DNA from: Mobula hypostoma
Taxonomy: Eukaryota
Reading direction: 5' to 3'
Length of the DNA stretch: 64,000 nucleotides
NCBI RefSeq assembly: GCF_963921235.1
Contig: NC_086097.1
Span: forward strand, 222,458,001 to 222,522,000
The notes below the pieces were generated by a model that was not told the origin of the DNA, did no database searches, and saw nothing but the letters and a program-made list of their open reading frames with translations. The position numbers and the translations under genes were made by a program. The first letter of the stretch is position 1, and the number at the start of each line of letters is the position of its first letter. Below, piece after piece: positions 11,415 through 24,481 of the stretch.

Positions 11415-13450
11415 CAGTAGAGGGAAGGGAGAACGTCAAATAGTGGAGAGCACCTCTGTGGCTGTCCCCCTTATCAATAAGTACTCCATTTTGATTAGTG
11501 TTTGGGGGAGGGATTGACCTTCCTGGGGAAAGCAACAGTGGCCATGCCTCTGGCACTGAGTCTGTCCCTGTGGCTCAGAAGGGTAGGGGACTGAAAAGGA
11601 TGGCAGCTGTAACAGAGGATTCTATAGTTATGTGGAGAGATGGGCTATTCTGTGGACGTGAAAAGGAAACACAGATGGTAGCTTGCCTCCCAGGTGCCAG
11701 GGTTCATGATGTTTCTGATCGTGTCCACAATATCCTGAAAAGGGAGGGTGAGCAGCCAGAAGTCATGGTACATAATGATGCCAACAACATTGGTAGGAAA
11801 AAGGAGGAGGTCCTGAAAACAGAATACAGGGAGTGAGGAAGGAAGTCGAGAAGCAGGACCTCAAAGGTGGTAATCTCGGGATTGCTGCCTATGCCATTGA
11901 ACAGTTGGGAAAGGAATAGAATAAGGGGGCAGATAAATGCATGGCTGAAGAATTAGAGCAGGGGGCAAAGATTCAGATTTCTGGATTATTGGGACTTCTT
12001 CTGGGGTGTATGTGTGAACTATACAAAAGGGATGGGTTTTACTTGAGTCTGAGAGGGGCCAATATCTTTGCAGACAGGTTTACTAGAGGTTTAAACTAAT
12101 ATGGCGGGGGAGGGGGGGGCAAGAATGAGAACCAGTATGATAGAGATGATAGAGCTGAGGATGAGCCAGCAGGTTTACAAGTAGACAATGGGTGTAATAT
12201 GAACATAAGGAAGTACAAGCCAATGATTGGGTACAAATGCAGACAGAGCAAAGAGTTAAGTTGTACCACAGAGGCAAAATTCAAAAGGGCAAAGAATGTA
12301 AGACTGATGGTGCTGTATTCAAAGGCGCGTAGCATTCAGAATAAGATGGACGAACTCATGGCCCAATTAGAGATCAGTCAGTATGATTCAAGATTCAAGA
12401 TTCAAAAAACTTTATTGTCATTCTAACCGTATATCAGCATGATGTTGTGAGCATCACTGAGTCATGGCTGAAAGAAGGCCATAGTTGGGAGCTTAACATC
12501 AAAGGATATACTTTGTATCGAAAGGACAGGTGGAAAGGCAAAGGCGGTGGTGTGGCTCTGTTGGTAAGAGATAGAATTACATCTTTAGAAAGAGGTGGCA
12601 TAGGGTCAGAGAATGTTAAATCTTTCTGATGGAGTTAAGAAATTGCAAGGGTAAAAAAAAATTATGGGAATCATATATAGGCCTCCAAATAGTAGCCACG
12701 ATGGGGGTTAAGATTGCAAAAGGAGCTGGAAAAGGCATGTAATAAGGGTAATGTCACAATTATAATGGGAGACTTCAATATGCAAAGGGATTGGGAAAAT
12801 CAGGTTGGTGTCGAATCACAAGATAGGAAATTTGTTGAATGCCTATGAGATCACTTTTTAGAACAGCTTGTGCTTGAGTCTACTCAGGGAAAGACTATCT
12901 TAGATTGAGTGTTGTGTAATAACCCAGATCTTATTAGAGAGCTTAATGTAAAGGAACCCTTAGGAGGGAATGATCACAATATGATTGAGTTCATACTGCA
13001 ATTTGAGAGGGAGAAGCACAAGTCATATGTATTAGTATCGCAATGGAATAAAGGGAATTACAGATGCATTAGAGAGGAGCTTGCCCAGCTGGATTGGAGG
13101 ATAATACCGGTGGGGATGACAGCCCAGAGCAGAGGTGGCTGAAGTTTCTCAGAATAGTTCACAAGGTGCAGGATAGATATGTTCCATAGAAGAAGTTCTC
13201 AAATGACGGGGGTAGACAACAGAGGCTGACAAGGAAAGTTGAGGCTGCATAAAAACCAAGAAAAGGGCATACTGTATAAGGTAGCAAAAGTGAGTGGGAA
13301 GTTGGATGATTGGGTAGCTTTTAAAATCCAACAAAAGGCAACTATAAAAGCTATTAAAAGGGAAAAGATGAAATATGAAGGCAAACTAGCCAATAAAATA
13401 AAGCAGGATACTATAAGTTTTTGTCATATATAAAATATAAAATTGAGGCG
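11415..13450 (+). mobile_element. CR1 LINE internal fragment: ORF1 SGNH-esterase domain plus ORF2 APE endonuclease (decayed)
   Basis: ORF 11498..11836 has EDSIV, CLPGARV and VHNDANNIG (GDS/PGA/GTND-like blocks); ORF 12447..12629 has ITESWL and RKDR..GKGGGVALLV; ORF 12909..13142 has PLGGNDHNMIEF. Confidence 0.9.
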
Positions 13451-13639
13451 TGACCAATTTTATCTTCTGTGTTTCTGGAAAACAGAAATTAAGTACTTTT
13501 CACACAACATTGCATTCAGACCCTGTTAAATTTAGTTTGGTGTAGTTATCTACTGATTGCTTGGATTGGGTTATGTGAAATACTTCCTTCGGCTATTCCT
13601 AAACTGATACAATTTATATACAAGGAAACAGATCCAGTC

Positions 13640-14079
13640 CTTTATAAAAGAAAATAAGGAGGCTACAAATATTCTATAAACAGGTCAACTGAGTAGGCAA
13701 GATATGTCAAATGGAATGAAGCTGTCTATTTTGAAAGGAAACCTAAACACAAAATATTAAATAGTAAAACTTTGCAGAGTTCTGAGGTGCAGAGGGATGG
13801 ATGTGTCTTCGTGTATGATTTGCCAAAGGCTAAAATGCAGGTACTGAATTAATTAGGAAAGTTAACAGATGTTTCACTTATTGCTGGGAGAACTGAATAC
13901 ATAAGTATGCTTCAGTTATATAGGGTATTGAGGACATCACACAAGGAGAACTGTGTCTTATTTAAGAAAGGATACATTGGAAGTGATTCAGACAGGGTTG
14001 ACTAGACTAATATGTGGGTGGGCTGTCTGTGAGAAAAGGCCTGATTAGGACAGGATTAGATCTGCTGGTTTTTGAAGAA
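13640..14079 (+). mobile_element. Old CR1 RT C-terminal fragment, resuming at ~15938-16030 after a Penelope insertion
   Basis: Degenerate similarity to 26460-26940; gaagaa|tgataggcaac rejoins across the Penelope element. Confidence 0.65.
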
Positions 14080-15937
14080 ATAGCAACATACACAAAATGC
14101 TGCAGGAACCCAGCAGACCAGGCAGCATCTATGGAAAAAAGTACAGTCAATGTTTCGGCCCTAAACCCTTTGGCAGGGCTGGAGAAAAAAAGCTGAGGAG
14201 TAGATTTAAAAGGTGGGGGGAAGAGAGAGGTGACTAGTGAAACCTGGAGGGGAGGGATGAAGTTAAGAGCTGGGAAGTTGATTGGTGAAGGAGGCTGAAG
14301 ACAATGGAAGAAAGGAAAAGGCGGAAAGAACACCAGAGGAGGCCATGCGTGGGCAAGGAGATAAGGTGAGAGAGAGAAAAGGGGATGGGAACTGAAAGGG
14401 GAGGGTGGTTGGGGCATTACCGGAAGTTTGAGAAATCCATGTTCGTGCCATCAGGTTGGAGGCTACCCAAATGGAATATAAGGTGTTGTTCCTCCAACCT
14501 AAGTGTAGCCTCATCACAACAGTGGAGGAGGCCATGGATGGACATATTGGAATGGGAAGTGGAATTAAAATGGGTGGCCACTGGGCGATCCCATTTGTTC
14601 TGGCGAACAGAGCGTAGGTGCTTGGCAAAGCAGTAATCCCAATCTACGTCGGGTCTCACCAATGTACAGGAGGCCTCGCCGGGAGTAGCAAACACAGTAA
14701 ATGACCCCAACAGACCCACTGGTGAAGTATCACCTCACCTGGAAGGAATGTTTAGGGTTTTGGATGGTAGCGAGGGAGGAGGCGTTGGGGCAGGTGTGGC
14801 ACTTATTCTGCTTGCAAGGATAAGTGCCAGGAGGGAGATCAGTGGGGAAAGACAAATGAACAAGGGAGTCATGTAAAGAGCAATCCCTGCAGAAAGCAGA
14901 AAGTGGGGAAGAAAGAAAGATGTGCTTGGTGGTGGGATCTCATTGGAGGTGGCAGAAGTTTCAGAGAATTATGTGCTGGACGCAGAGGCTGGTGAGGTGG
15001 TAGGTGAGGACAAGAGGAACCCTATCCCTGGTAGGGTGGCGGAACTATGGGGTATGAGCAGAAGTGTGTGAAATGGAAGAGATGCGGTTGAGGACAGCGT
15101 TGATGGTGAAGGAAGGGAAGCCCCTTTCTTTGAAAAAGGAGGACATCCCCTTCGTTCTAGAATGAAAAGCCTCATCCTGAGAGCAGATTGGGTGGAGACA
15201 GAGGAACTGAGTAAAGGGGATAGTGTTTTTACAAGTAGTAGTGTGGAACAAGGTGTAGTCAGGTAGTTATGAGAGTCATGGGTTAGCAATAGATGTCAGT
15301 GGATAAGCTATCTCCAGAGATAGAGACAATGAGATTGAGAAAGGGAAGGGAGGTGTCGAAAATGGACCAGGTGAATTTGAGGGTAGGGTGGAAGTTGGAG
15401 GCAAAGTGTATGAAGCCAACGAGTTCAGCACGGGTGCAAGAAGCAACACCAATACAGTCGTCGATGAGCGTAGGAGAAGTGTGGGACCGTCATCATTGTA
15501 GGCTTGGAACATAGACTGTTCCATGTAGCCCACAAAACAGGCAGACATAGCCGGGACCCATGCAAGTGCTCATGGCTACCCCTTTTGTCTGAAGGAAGTG
15601 GAGGGAGCCAAAGGAGAAATTGTTGAGAGTGAGGACAAGTTCTGCTAGGCGGAGGAGGGTGGTGGTGGAGGGGAACTGGTTAGGTCTGGTGTCAAGAAAA
15701 AACCTGAGAGCTTTGAGGCCTTCCTAGTGGAGGGGTGGAGGTGTATAGGGACTGGACATCCATAGTAGAAATAAGATGATGGGGGCCAGGGAACTTAAAA
15801 TCCTTGAAAAGATCAAGAGCGTGTGAGGTGTCACAGATGTAGGTAGGCAGGAAGGGATTGGACTAGGGCGGATAAAACAGAGTCGAGGTATACCGATATG
15901 AGTTCAGTGGGGCAGGAACAAGCTGAAACAATGGGTC
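14080..15937 (-). mobile_element. Penelope-like element, 5'-truncated: RT C-terminal half, GIY-YIG endonuclease and pLTR
   Basis: ORF 15276..15548 has ACFVGYMEQSMFQAY; ORF 15045..15251 has CKNTIPFTQFL; ORF 14417..14719 has FAKHLRSV..VATHFN..RLEEQHLIFHLGSLQPDGTN; decayed hammerhead at 14145-14180. Confidence 0.93.
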
Positions 15938-17145
15938 TGATAGGCAACTTGAGTTTCAGAAGTTCGAGGATAGATCAGCTATTATCTCACTGAATGCTGG
16001 AAAAATGTGTGAGAGACAATGGACAATCAATGAAGTTATGTTTCCAATACTTAGACGATTAGAGTTGCATTTTGATTTAGAAATGTTTCAAATCCTTATA
16101 GTATTGAATAATATTGTTTAACTAAATTGAGCTGAAATTACTTCACATTGAGAAAAGGATTAAATCACAAATATGTAAACAGAGAAGTGAAATAAACTTA
16201 GAGAAAAATAATTAATAGAAGGATTATCATTTCGATCTTGTCTGTGATTATTACAGCTTTGTATGTTAGGTTACTGTTATGGAAAAGAAATAATGCTGCA
16301 GACTCATTGCTGAGTGTAGAGTTGAGTATAAACATTATTCCCTTGCAACTTTATACAATTGTCTTTGGGGGACAGTACTAACCAGCTGAACATCAACTAA
16401 TCTTATCCTGCATGTTGAGAAATGTCCAATTTTCCTACCACAAGCACATTTCACAAATCTAGTTCAATTTCTCACAGCAAGTATTCGGTCAATGTTGATA
16501 AACTAACATGACATTTCCTAGAAATATTTAAAATAGCGCTGAAAAAGTGAACCCGTAGGAGTGAAAGAATGAGAATAAGGAAGAGCATAATGTTGTTAGT
16601 CATGTAAGTAAAAATAAAAGTGTTTAAAGGCAGTGCCACAATAATTAAAGTGACAGGCTTCATAATTTTCAAACTTGGGAGCTTTATCTACCACATTCAC
16701 AGGGTGAAGTTAATTTTTTTTAAACTAGCTCCAGATGATGCTAAAACAACAGAAAGGGTGGTTGAAGTCACCACAGTTTGTGGTGTATATTTGAACTTTC
16801 AAAGAGCATCTAGTAAAGTAACATGCATTAAACATTAGCAGCATGAATGAATGCATATCACTTCAGATTTGAGAAAGACAGACTGTGACACTCCTCACTA
16901 GCAAATGTTGCTTTGATGTACAATAATAAATTGCACTTGGAGACTTTGGACACAATTTTCAAGAAAAACACATGGATAATAATAGTCTCCAAGAAGATAC
17001 AGGTAAATAACTGGAATAGGCAGATGAAATCAATCAATTTATAATTTATCTACTTTGACAAATGCTACACCACTAATACTTTCTATCTAAGTGCGATTAC
17101 CTTACACAATATTTCACACTCTTCTTCCTCAACTTTACCTGGATA

Positions 17146-17345
17146 GTCTGCACCAGTGGTGTAGGGGCATCCACACCCGAATTTGGAACAAGAGGTCCTG
17201 GGTTGAAATTCAGCCAGCTCCTTGCACAAGTTCCACCTATTCTGGGTTGAGCATTGAGCTAGCAACTCGGCCTCGTAAAACAGACGAACACTAAAGAAAT
17301 GGCAAGGTTGCCACCCGATGTGCCAAATAGGCATAAGGAGGAACT
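17146..17345 (+). mobile_element. tRNA-derived SINE
   Basis: A-box-like tggtgtagggg (17157-17167) and B-box-like ggttgaaattc (17201-17211); imperfect flanking direct repeat tttacctggata / tttatctgggta. Confidence 0.7.
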
Positions 17346-17487
17346 TTTATCTGGGTATGCCCTTGCACTTTTATATAAATATAAAACATATTTGGATTCT
17401 CTCTGTATTAAGCAGACATTTCTCATGAAGGACCTGCTTACAATAGCATCAAAGAACCTGACATGCTGGACGTGAGTCAGATATATT

Positions 17488-20140
17488 TAGACCATAAGAT
17501 ATAGGAACAGAATTAGGCCATCTGGTCCATTGGGTCTGCCCTGCCATTCAATCATAGCTGATCCTTTTTTTCCTATCTCCTCCTCAACCCCAGTTCCCGG
17601 CCTTCTCCCCGTAACCTTTGATGCCATGTCCAGTCAAGAACCTATCAATCTCTGCCTTAAATCCACCCAGTGAACTGGCCTCCACAGCTGCACGTGGCAA
17701 CAGATTCCACAAATTCAACACCCTTTGGCTAAAGAAATTTCTCCACATCTCTGTTCTGAAAGGGCGCCCCTCCAGCCCCTGAGGCTGTCCCACCATGGGA
17801 AACATCCTTTCCACATCTACTCTGTCTAGGCCTTTCAACATTCAAAAGGTTTCAATGAGATCCCCCCTCATCCTTCTGAATTCCAGTGAGTACAGACCCA
17901 GAGCCATCAAACATTCCTCATATGATAACCTTTTCATTCCTGGAATCATCCTTGTGAACATTCTCTGGACCCTCTCCAATGCCAGCATATCTTTTCTAAG
18001 ATAAGCCGCCCAAAACTGTTCACAATACACAAGGTGAAGCCTCACCAATGCCTTATAAAGCCTCAGCATCACATCCTTGCTCTTGTGTTCTAGACCCCTT
18101 GAAATGAATGCTAACATGGCATATGCCTTCTTCGCCACCGACTCAACCTGCAAGTTAACCTTCAGGGTATTCTGCACAAGCGACTTACAAGTCCCTCTGC
18201 ATCTCCGATTCCTGGATTTTTTCCCCATTCAGAAAACAGTCCACACATTTATTTCTACTACCAAAGTGCAAAACCATGCATTTTCTAACATTTTATTTTA
18301 TTTGCCACTTTCTTGCCCACTCTCCTAATATGTCTAAGTCCTTCTGCATCCTACCTGTTTCCTCAACACTACCTGCCCTCCAACAATCTTCGTATCATCT
18401 GCAAACTTGGCAACTTGGCTAGTCCATCATCTACATCATTTATGTACAGCATAAAAAGAAGTGGTCCCAACACCGACCACTGTGGACACCGCTAGTCACT
18501 GGGCAGCCAACCAGAAAAGGATCTTGTTATTCCCACTTGCTGTCTCCTACCAACCTGCCAATGCTCTAACCTGTTAGTCACTTTACTGTAAAACCATGGG
18601 CCCTTAACTTACTAAGCAGCCTCATGTGTGGCATCTTGTCAAAAGCCTTCTGAAAGTCCAAATATACAACATCCACTGCATCCTCTTTATCTATCCTACT
18701 TGTAATCTCCTCAAAGAATTCCAACAGGCTCATCAGGCATCCCTGAAGGAAACCATGCTGATTTTATACTATCTTGTCCCGTGTCAACAAGTACTCCATC
18801 ACCTTATTCTTAACAATTAACTTTAACATCTTCCCAACCATTGAGGTCAGGCTAACTGGTCTATAATTTCCTTTCTGCTGCCTTCCTGCTTTCTTAAAGA
18901 GTGGAGTAACATTTGCAATTTTCTATTCCTCTGGCACCATGCCAGAGTCCAATAATTTTTGCAAGATCATTTTTAATGCCATCACAATCTCTAACGCTAC
19001 CTCTTTCAGAACCCTAGGGTGCAGTTCCTCTGATCCGGATGACTTTAGGTCTTTCAGCTTTTTTTAGCACCTTCTCTCTTGTAACAGTAACTGCACCCAC
19101 TTCTCTTCCTTCACACACTACAACTTCAGGCATACTGCTAGTGTCTTCCACAATGAAAACTGATGCAAAATATTCATTTAGTTCATCAGCCATCTCCTTG
19201 TCCCCCATTATTATTTCTCCTGCCTCATTTTCTAGCGGTCCTATATCCACTGTCATTCCTCTTTCATTCTTAACATACTTGAAAAACTTTTACTATCAAC
19301 TTTAATATTATTTGCTAGCTTGCTTTCATATTTCATCTTTTCCATTCTAATGATTTTATTAGTTGCTCTCTGTAGGTTTTTATAAACTTCCCAATCCTCT
19401 ATCTTCCCACTATTTGCTTTGTTGTATGCCCTTTCTTTTACTTTTACAATAGCTTTGACTTCCCGTGTCAACCACAGTTGTACTATTTTACCATTTGAGT
19501 ATTTCTTCGTTTTTGGAATACATATGTCCTGTACCTTCATCATTTTTCCCAGAAACACATGCCATTGCTGCTCTGCTGACATCCCTGCTAGCAGCTCCTT
19601 CCAATTTACTTTGGCCATCTCCTCTCTCATACCACTGTCATTTCCCTTACTCCACTGAAAAACTGCTACATCAGACTTTACTTTCTCCCTGTTAAATTTC
19701 AAGCTGAACACAATCATATTGTAAGCTGAACACAATTATATTGTAAGCACTGGTTCTAAGGGTTCTTTTACCTTAAGCTCCCTAATCGTCTCCATTTCAT
19801 TACATAACACTCAATCCAGTACAGTATAGCTGATACCCTGGTAGGCTCAATGACAAACTGCTCTAAAAAGTTATCTCTTAGGCATTCAACAAACTCACTC
19901 TCTTGAGATCCATTAGCAACCTGACTTTCCCAATCAACCTGTACGTTAAAATCTACCATGACCGCCATAACATTGCCCTTTTGACTCGTCTTTTCTATTT
20001 CCTGTTGTAACCTGTGGTCCACCTCCCAGCCACTGTTGGGAGGCCTAGATATAACTGCCATCAACGTCCTTATACCATTGCAACTTCATAACTCAACCCA
20101 TAAGGATTCAACATCTTCCAATCCTATGTCACATCTTTGT
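17488..20140 (-). mobile_element. CR1 LINE ORF2 (APE to 3' tail), ~2.65 kb, frameshifted
   Basis: ORFs 19768..20064 (RPPNS, DFN), 19253..19735, 19014..19256 (ADELNEYFASVF), 17842..18228 and 17584..17841; accataagatatagg tail. Confidence 0.95.
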
Positions 20141-20329
20141 GCATATTTGGGCAAAGGGAAATGGTAGTACTGTTTCTTATCAATGACCTTGATCATAATT
20201 GAGAAAGCAATCAATAAAACAAGTCTGAGGTGACATAAGAAGTTAGGGGAGGAAGAGAGAATGAAATGAAACGTTTGGGGACCTGCAGAGATTGTGCAAT
20301 ACTCATGAGAGAGGTACTTGCTGAGAGAT

Positions 20330-20860
20330 GGTGGTAAAAGCAAGTGAATAACAAAAGATTTGTACGGTAGAAATATAGATAGGATGGGAAGAATCAAATC
20401 TGGAGTTACAGGAGGAGAGATAGAAGAAACAAATCAATGCTAGAAACAAAATATAAGATTGAAAAAGTTAATTATCTGAAATTGTTGAATTTAGTGTTGA
20501 GTGGAGAACATTAATCAGATTAATTAATTTTTCTTAATCAGAAGATTAGCTTATACTAAGCTTTATTGGAATATAGTAAGAGACCAATGGAAAGGAAAAC
20601 TGTATGGAATTGGGATAGGGAATTAAAGGAACTTTTATTTGGAAGCTCAGAGTCATTCTTTTGTACTGAATGGAAGTATTCTGCAAAACACTTAGTCTCT
20701 ATTTCGCTTCCCAATTGCAGAAGAAACCACCGAGCTAGTATTGAATACAGTGCACTGAATTGGAAGATGTACAAGTAAATTGCTGCCTCACCTTCAAAGA
20801 GTGATGGGGTTTCGGCTGATAGAAGTAGTGCAGTTGCAAGAGCAGATTTTATATCTCAGC
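20330..20860 (-). mobile_element. Very old Penelope-like fragment
   Basis: aaattgttgaatttagtgttgagt and tgctgcctcaccttcaaagagtgatgggg parallel 43545-43570 and 43855-43885. Confidence 0.45.
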
Positions 20861-21164
20861 ACAGGATATAAAGTTTTGTTTCTTTCTCTTTTTCATGCCA
20901 GCAGGGGTTGAAAATTGAAAACAATTTCTTGCCAGGCTGTTCCCTGAAACATATTCAGCTTCTGTGCCCATTGTTGTCCAAGGCCTATGTGTCGTGATTT
21001 GTAACTACAAGATATAAAACGAATAGAAAATAAAATACAAGGAGACCAGGAAAACATGTGCTTTTTATTTTTACTTTTAGAAGGGCATGCATATATGTTA
21101 TGGTGGCGTGATGGCATATGCCTTTCATGTACAGAACTTTTACATTTAAACTATAATGACTTAT

Positions 21165-21975
21165 GTAAAAAAGATGGCGCCAGCGAACAATGATTCCTTG
21201 AGCGACATCTTTCAGATAGCCAATCTCTTCAATTATTTCACTTTCTCCACATTTTTTGCTTGTTCTTACTGTCTTGGTTATGCTGCGGACTCTGTTGGAG
21301 CCTGTGACATGCAGGGTCCAGAGAGCTGCCTCATGAAGAAGACCAGACACAGGGACTCAAAGAGGACTGAGAACATGAGCTGACTCGTGGAAAAGATCAG
21401 AAACAGTGCACTGGGTCATGAACGACTCCATTTCAAAGCGTCGACAAAGACTTAAGCATTGAGGCGAATGTGGAGGGGGTCAGTAATCACTCTCCTTGGG
21501 GGTGATGATGGTGGCGGCATTTGGACCCAGTGTGGCAGTTGCTCTTCTCAGAAGGACTGATTTCATATGGCCGCTCTTCTCAAATGCTGACAGGAAGATG
21601 TTTTCAATATTCTGAGATTTATGTGGTTATTGGACTAGGATTTTTATTGGTCTCCTTTAGTTTTTCAGTGTTTTCTTTCTTAGTGGCCAATTTGCAATTA
21701 TGTTAGATTTTGTGAGAGGGAGGAGATGGGGATTTAGGTCTGATCTTCTTGTTGGTGTTTTTCTGGGTGGGCGATCTGTTAGTTTTTGTGTGAGAGAGTG
21801 GGGGTCGGGGATTTGAAGCTGTTATCGCTGTTCTTTTCTCTGCGAGGGAAAGGGGTGTTTTTGGGTTTTGCAACTTTTGCTTCTTTCTCTTTTTCATGCC
21901 AGCAGGGGGTGGTTGATGTCCTTTCTTTGAACAACACCCATGCTTTTTTCTGTATTTCATGGTTATGTAATACAA
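21165..21975 (+). mobile_element. Unclassified interspersed repeat, probably non-LTR UTR-derived
   Basis: Starts aagatggcgcc; CpG-retaining 5' part and T/G-rich 3' part that resemble 49862-50160 and the reverse complement of 30216-30478. Confidence 0.45.
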
Positions 21976-21979
21976 CTAC

Positions 21980-24174
21980 TATTTAGATGCCCACAGTATA
22001 ATAGAGTTTAAATTGCCCCATTCAAATCTAAAGACATCTTAATCTTGTGGGATAACATCTTTCCTGATCAGAGAGGTCTCTCTGCTTGGCAGCTGAGACT
22101 TATGACTGTGAAAACAGTCTCAGGTTCTGGGGCCTCCCAGTAGGAGTTGACTCTGGGACTGCAGGAAGTGTTTCTGACAGCTCTGGACGCCTTTCTTCTG
22201 GATGTGTTGGCATTTTAAACAGTTCATGGCAAGCTGCTCAGTCTGCTGATCTATCCCAGGCCACCAGGCAAAGTTTTGAGCCAATACTTTCATGTCAGCT
22301 ATGTCTAGGTGACCGGCCTGTAGCTCCTCTAACACTTTAGCTCTCAGCTTCGATAGTACGACAACTCTCAATCCCCACACAACCTCCATCAAAGGCAAGT
22401 TTATTCCAGCACTGGTAAAAATTGGGAAACTGAATTTCTGCTGCACATTATAGCCACTTCTGGTTGCATTGCAGACCTGCAAAAGTGTGGGGTCTTTTCT
22501 AGTTTTCCTTTGGATGATCTCGTCCGTGATAAGGAGATTTTCATTTTGCATGGCAAGGGGTGTGCTCTTTTGTAAATTTTTCAAGTGTTTCCTTTTCCAA
22601 TGGTAAACAGGACAATCTGTTAGCATTTCCAAGATTATTTCTCCTCATTTAATTTTGTACTTGTGTCCTCTGAGAAACGGAACCCATCTCTGCATTCATG
22701 TGGCTTTTGTTAATGGAACACCCTTCTGTGGATCGAAAACGGACACTCGTGGTTGATGATCAGTGATGAGGGTAAACTCTCTCCCATACAAGTACTGGTT
22801 GAAACACTTTATACTCCAAACCAGACTCAAGGTCTCTCTGTCAATCTGTGTGCAATTTTTCTCTGCAGCAGTAAGGAACCGTAATGCAAAGGCCATGGGG
22901 TGTTCCCTTCCATCACTCATGACATGTGACATGACTGCACCTATTATTTTAGGGGAGTTGTCACAGGAAAGCTTCACTGGATGATCTGGATCGTAATGTG
23001 TCGTGTTTTCTCTTTTAGAAAGCTACCCTACACTGCTTTGTCCATTGCCATTTCCATCTAATGAATTCAAAGGGTGTACACAGTAGCCAGGTTTGGCAGG
23101 AAACTGTTATAATAGTTACCAGATCCTATAAAGGACTACAACTGTGACATATGCTTTGGCTTTGGGGCATCCACCACTGCTTAAATTTTCTCAACACACT
23201 TGTGTAATTTTTGTGCATCAGTGGTGTAACCACAGTAAGTGTTGCTAAGTTTAAAGAATTCACACTTGTTGTATCGTGTTCTGAGCCCATATTCTTCTAA
23301 TCTTTTTAACACCATCTTGAGATTTTCTAGATGTTCACTGTCATCCTTACTGGTAACAATGATGTCATCCAGGTAACACTGAGTGCCTGGGCAGCCTTGC
23401 AGCACCTTGTCCATAGCTTTCTGTCAGAGTGCAGGTGCAGGTGCTACTCCCAGAATAAGCATATTATGGCGATTAAGCCCTTTGTGAGTGTTTATGTTAA
23501 GAAGCACTTTGGATTCTTTTTCCATCTCCATCTGCAAGTAGGCCTCAGCTAAGTCCACTTTACTGAAATGTTTTCATCCAGAAAGGTTTACAAGAGGTAT
23601 CCTGTATCCTGCGTAGAGGATATTTATCTAATTTCAGTACTGGGTTGATGATGATCTTAAAATCACCACATGTTCCAACAGACCCATTCTTCTTGGCTAC
23701 TGAGACCACTAGCATTGCTCAAGAGCTGCACTCAACCTTGGAAAGAATTCCTTTGCCTCTATGCGATCTATTTCACTGGCTATTTTATCACAAATGGTAT
23801 AAAGAACCAGATGGGCTTTGTAAAACTTGAGTGTGGCATTTTCATTTAACACTATTTTACCCTTAATATGTTTTCCAGTGCTATCCTTGAACACTGCTGT
23901 GACATCATCCAGTACCTTCCTAAATTTGCTTTCAGTTTACTCTATTGCAGGGGATGTGGCATGCAAATGGTGGATGGATCTCTAATCAACTTGTGTACTT
24001 TTCATTTTTACTTTTAGGGAAGTACGCGCAAAGGACATGGTGGTATGATGACGTATGCCATTCATGTACCCTTACATATAACCCGTAATGAATTATGCAA
24101 ACAACAAAGAATGCTTAATCAAACAATATATTTACAATATTACTCAAAATTACTGAAATATTAAATGTACAACA
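21980..24174 (-). mobile_element. Decayed, internally deleted Ty3/Gypsy LTR retrotransposon (partial LTR, RT, RNase H, integrase Zn-binding domain)
   Basis: ORF 23181..23414 has QCYLDDIIVT; ORF 22696..22977 has LSCD..IGAVMSH, AEKN.TQIDRE and FTLITDHQP; ORF 22120..22632 has VLEEL.AGH, WWPGID and CLKCQ; RT-RH-IN order; LTR-like segment beginning TGTTG at 24174. Confidence 0.92.
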
Positions 24175-24481
24175 CTATGTACTGCTAATAATCTTCTCCA
24201 CCAGTATACCAGGTTTCTATCAGTGCACACCCTTCTCCTCCATCTCTCTTCCAGCCATTTTCCACATAACATCACCCTTTCAGCAATATTACAGAACCCA
24301 AAATCACAGCAACGCAGCCAAATGTTGATGGTAGCACAACATTTATTTGGATTTCTCAATTTGCATATAGTGATTGACATATAAATTTTTTTAAGGAAGA
24401 AAAAGAAAACTAGACCTTCTCTTCATCCAATTCTTTTACCAAGACTTCAGTGAACACCCTTAATAACATTGCGCCAATAAT

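Noticed and set aside
19700..19748. Short tandem duplications (also 6722-6758, 31822-31866 and 54275-54316)
   Set aside because: Two-copy 14-22 bp slippage duplications, common and with no sign of function.
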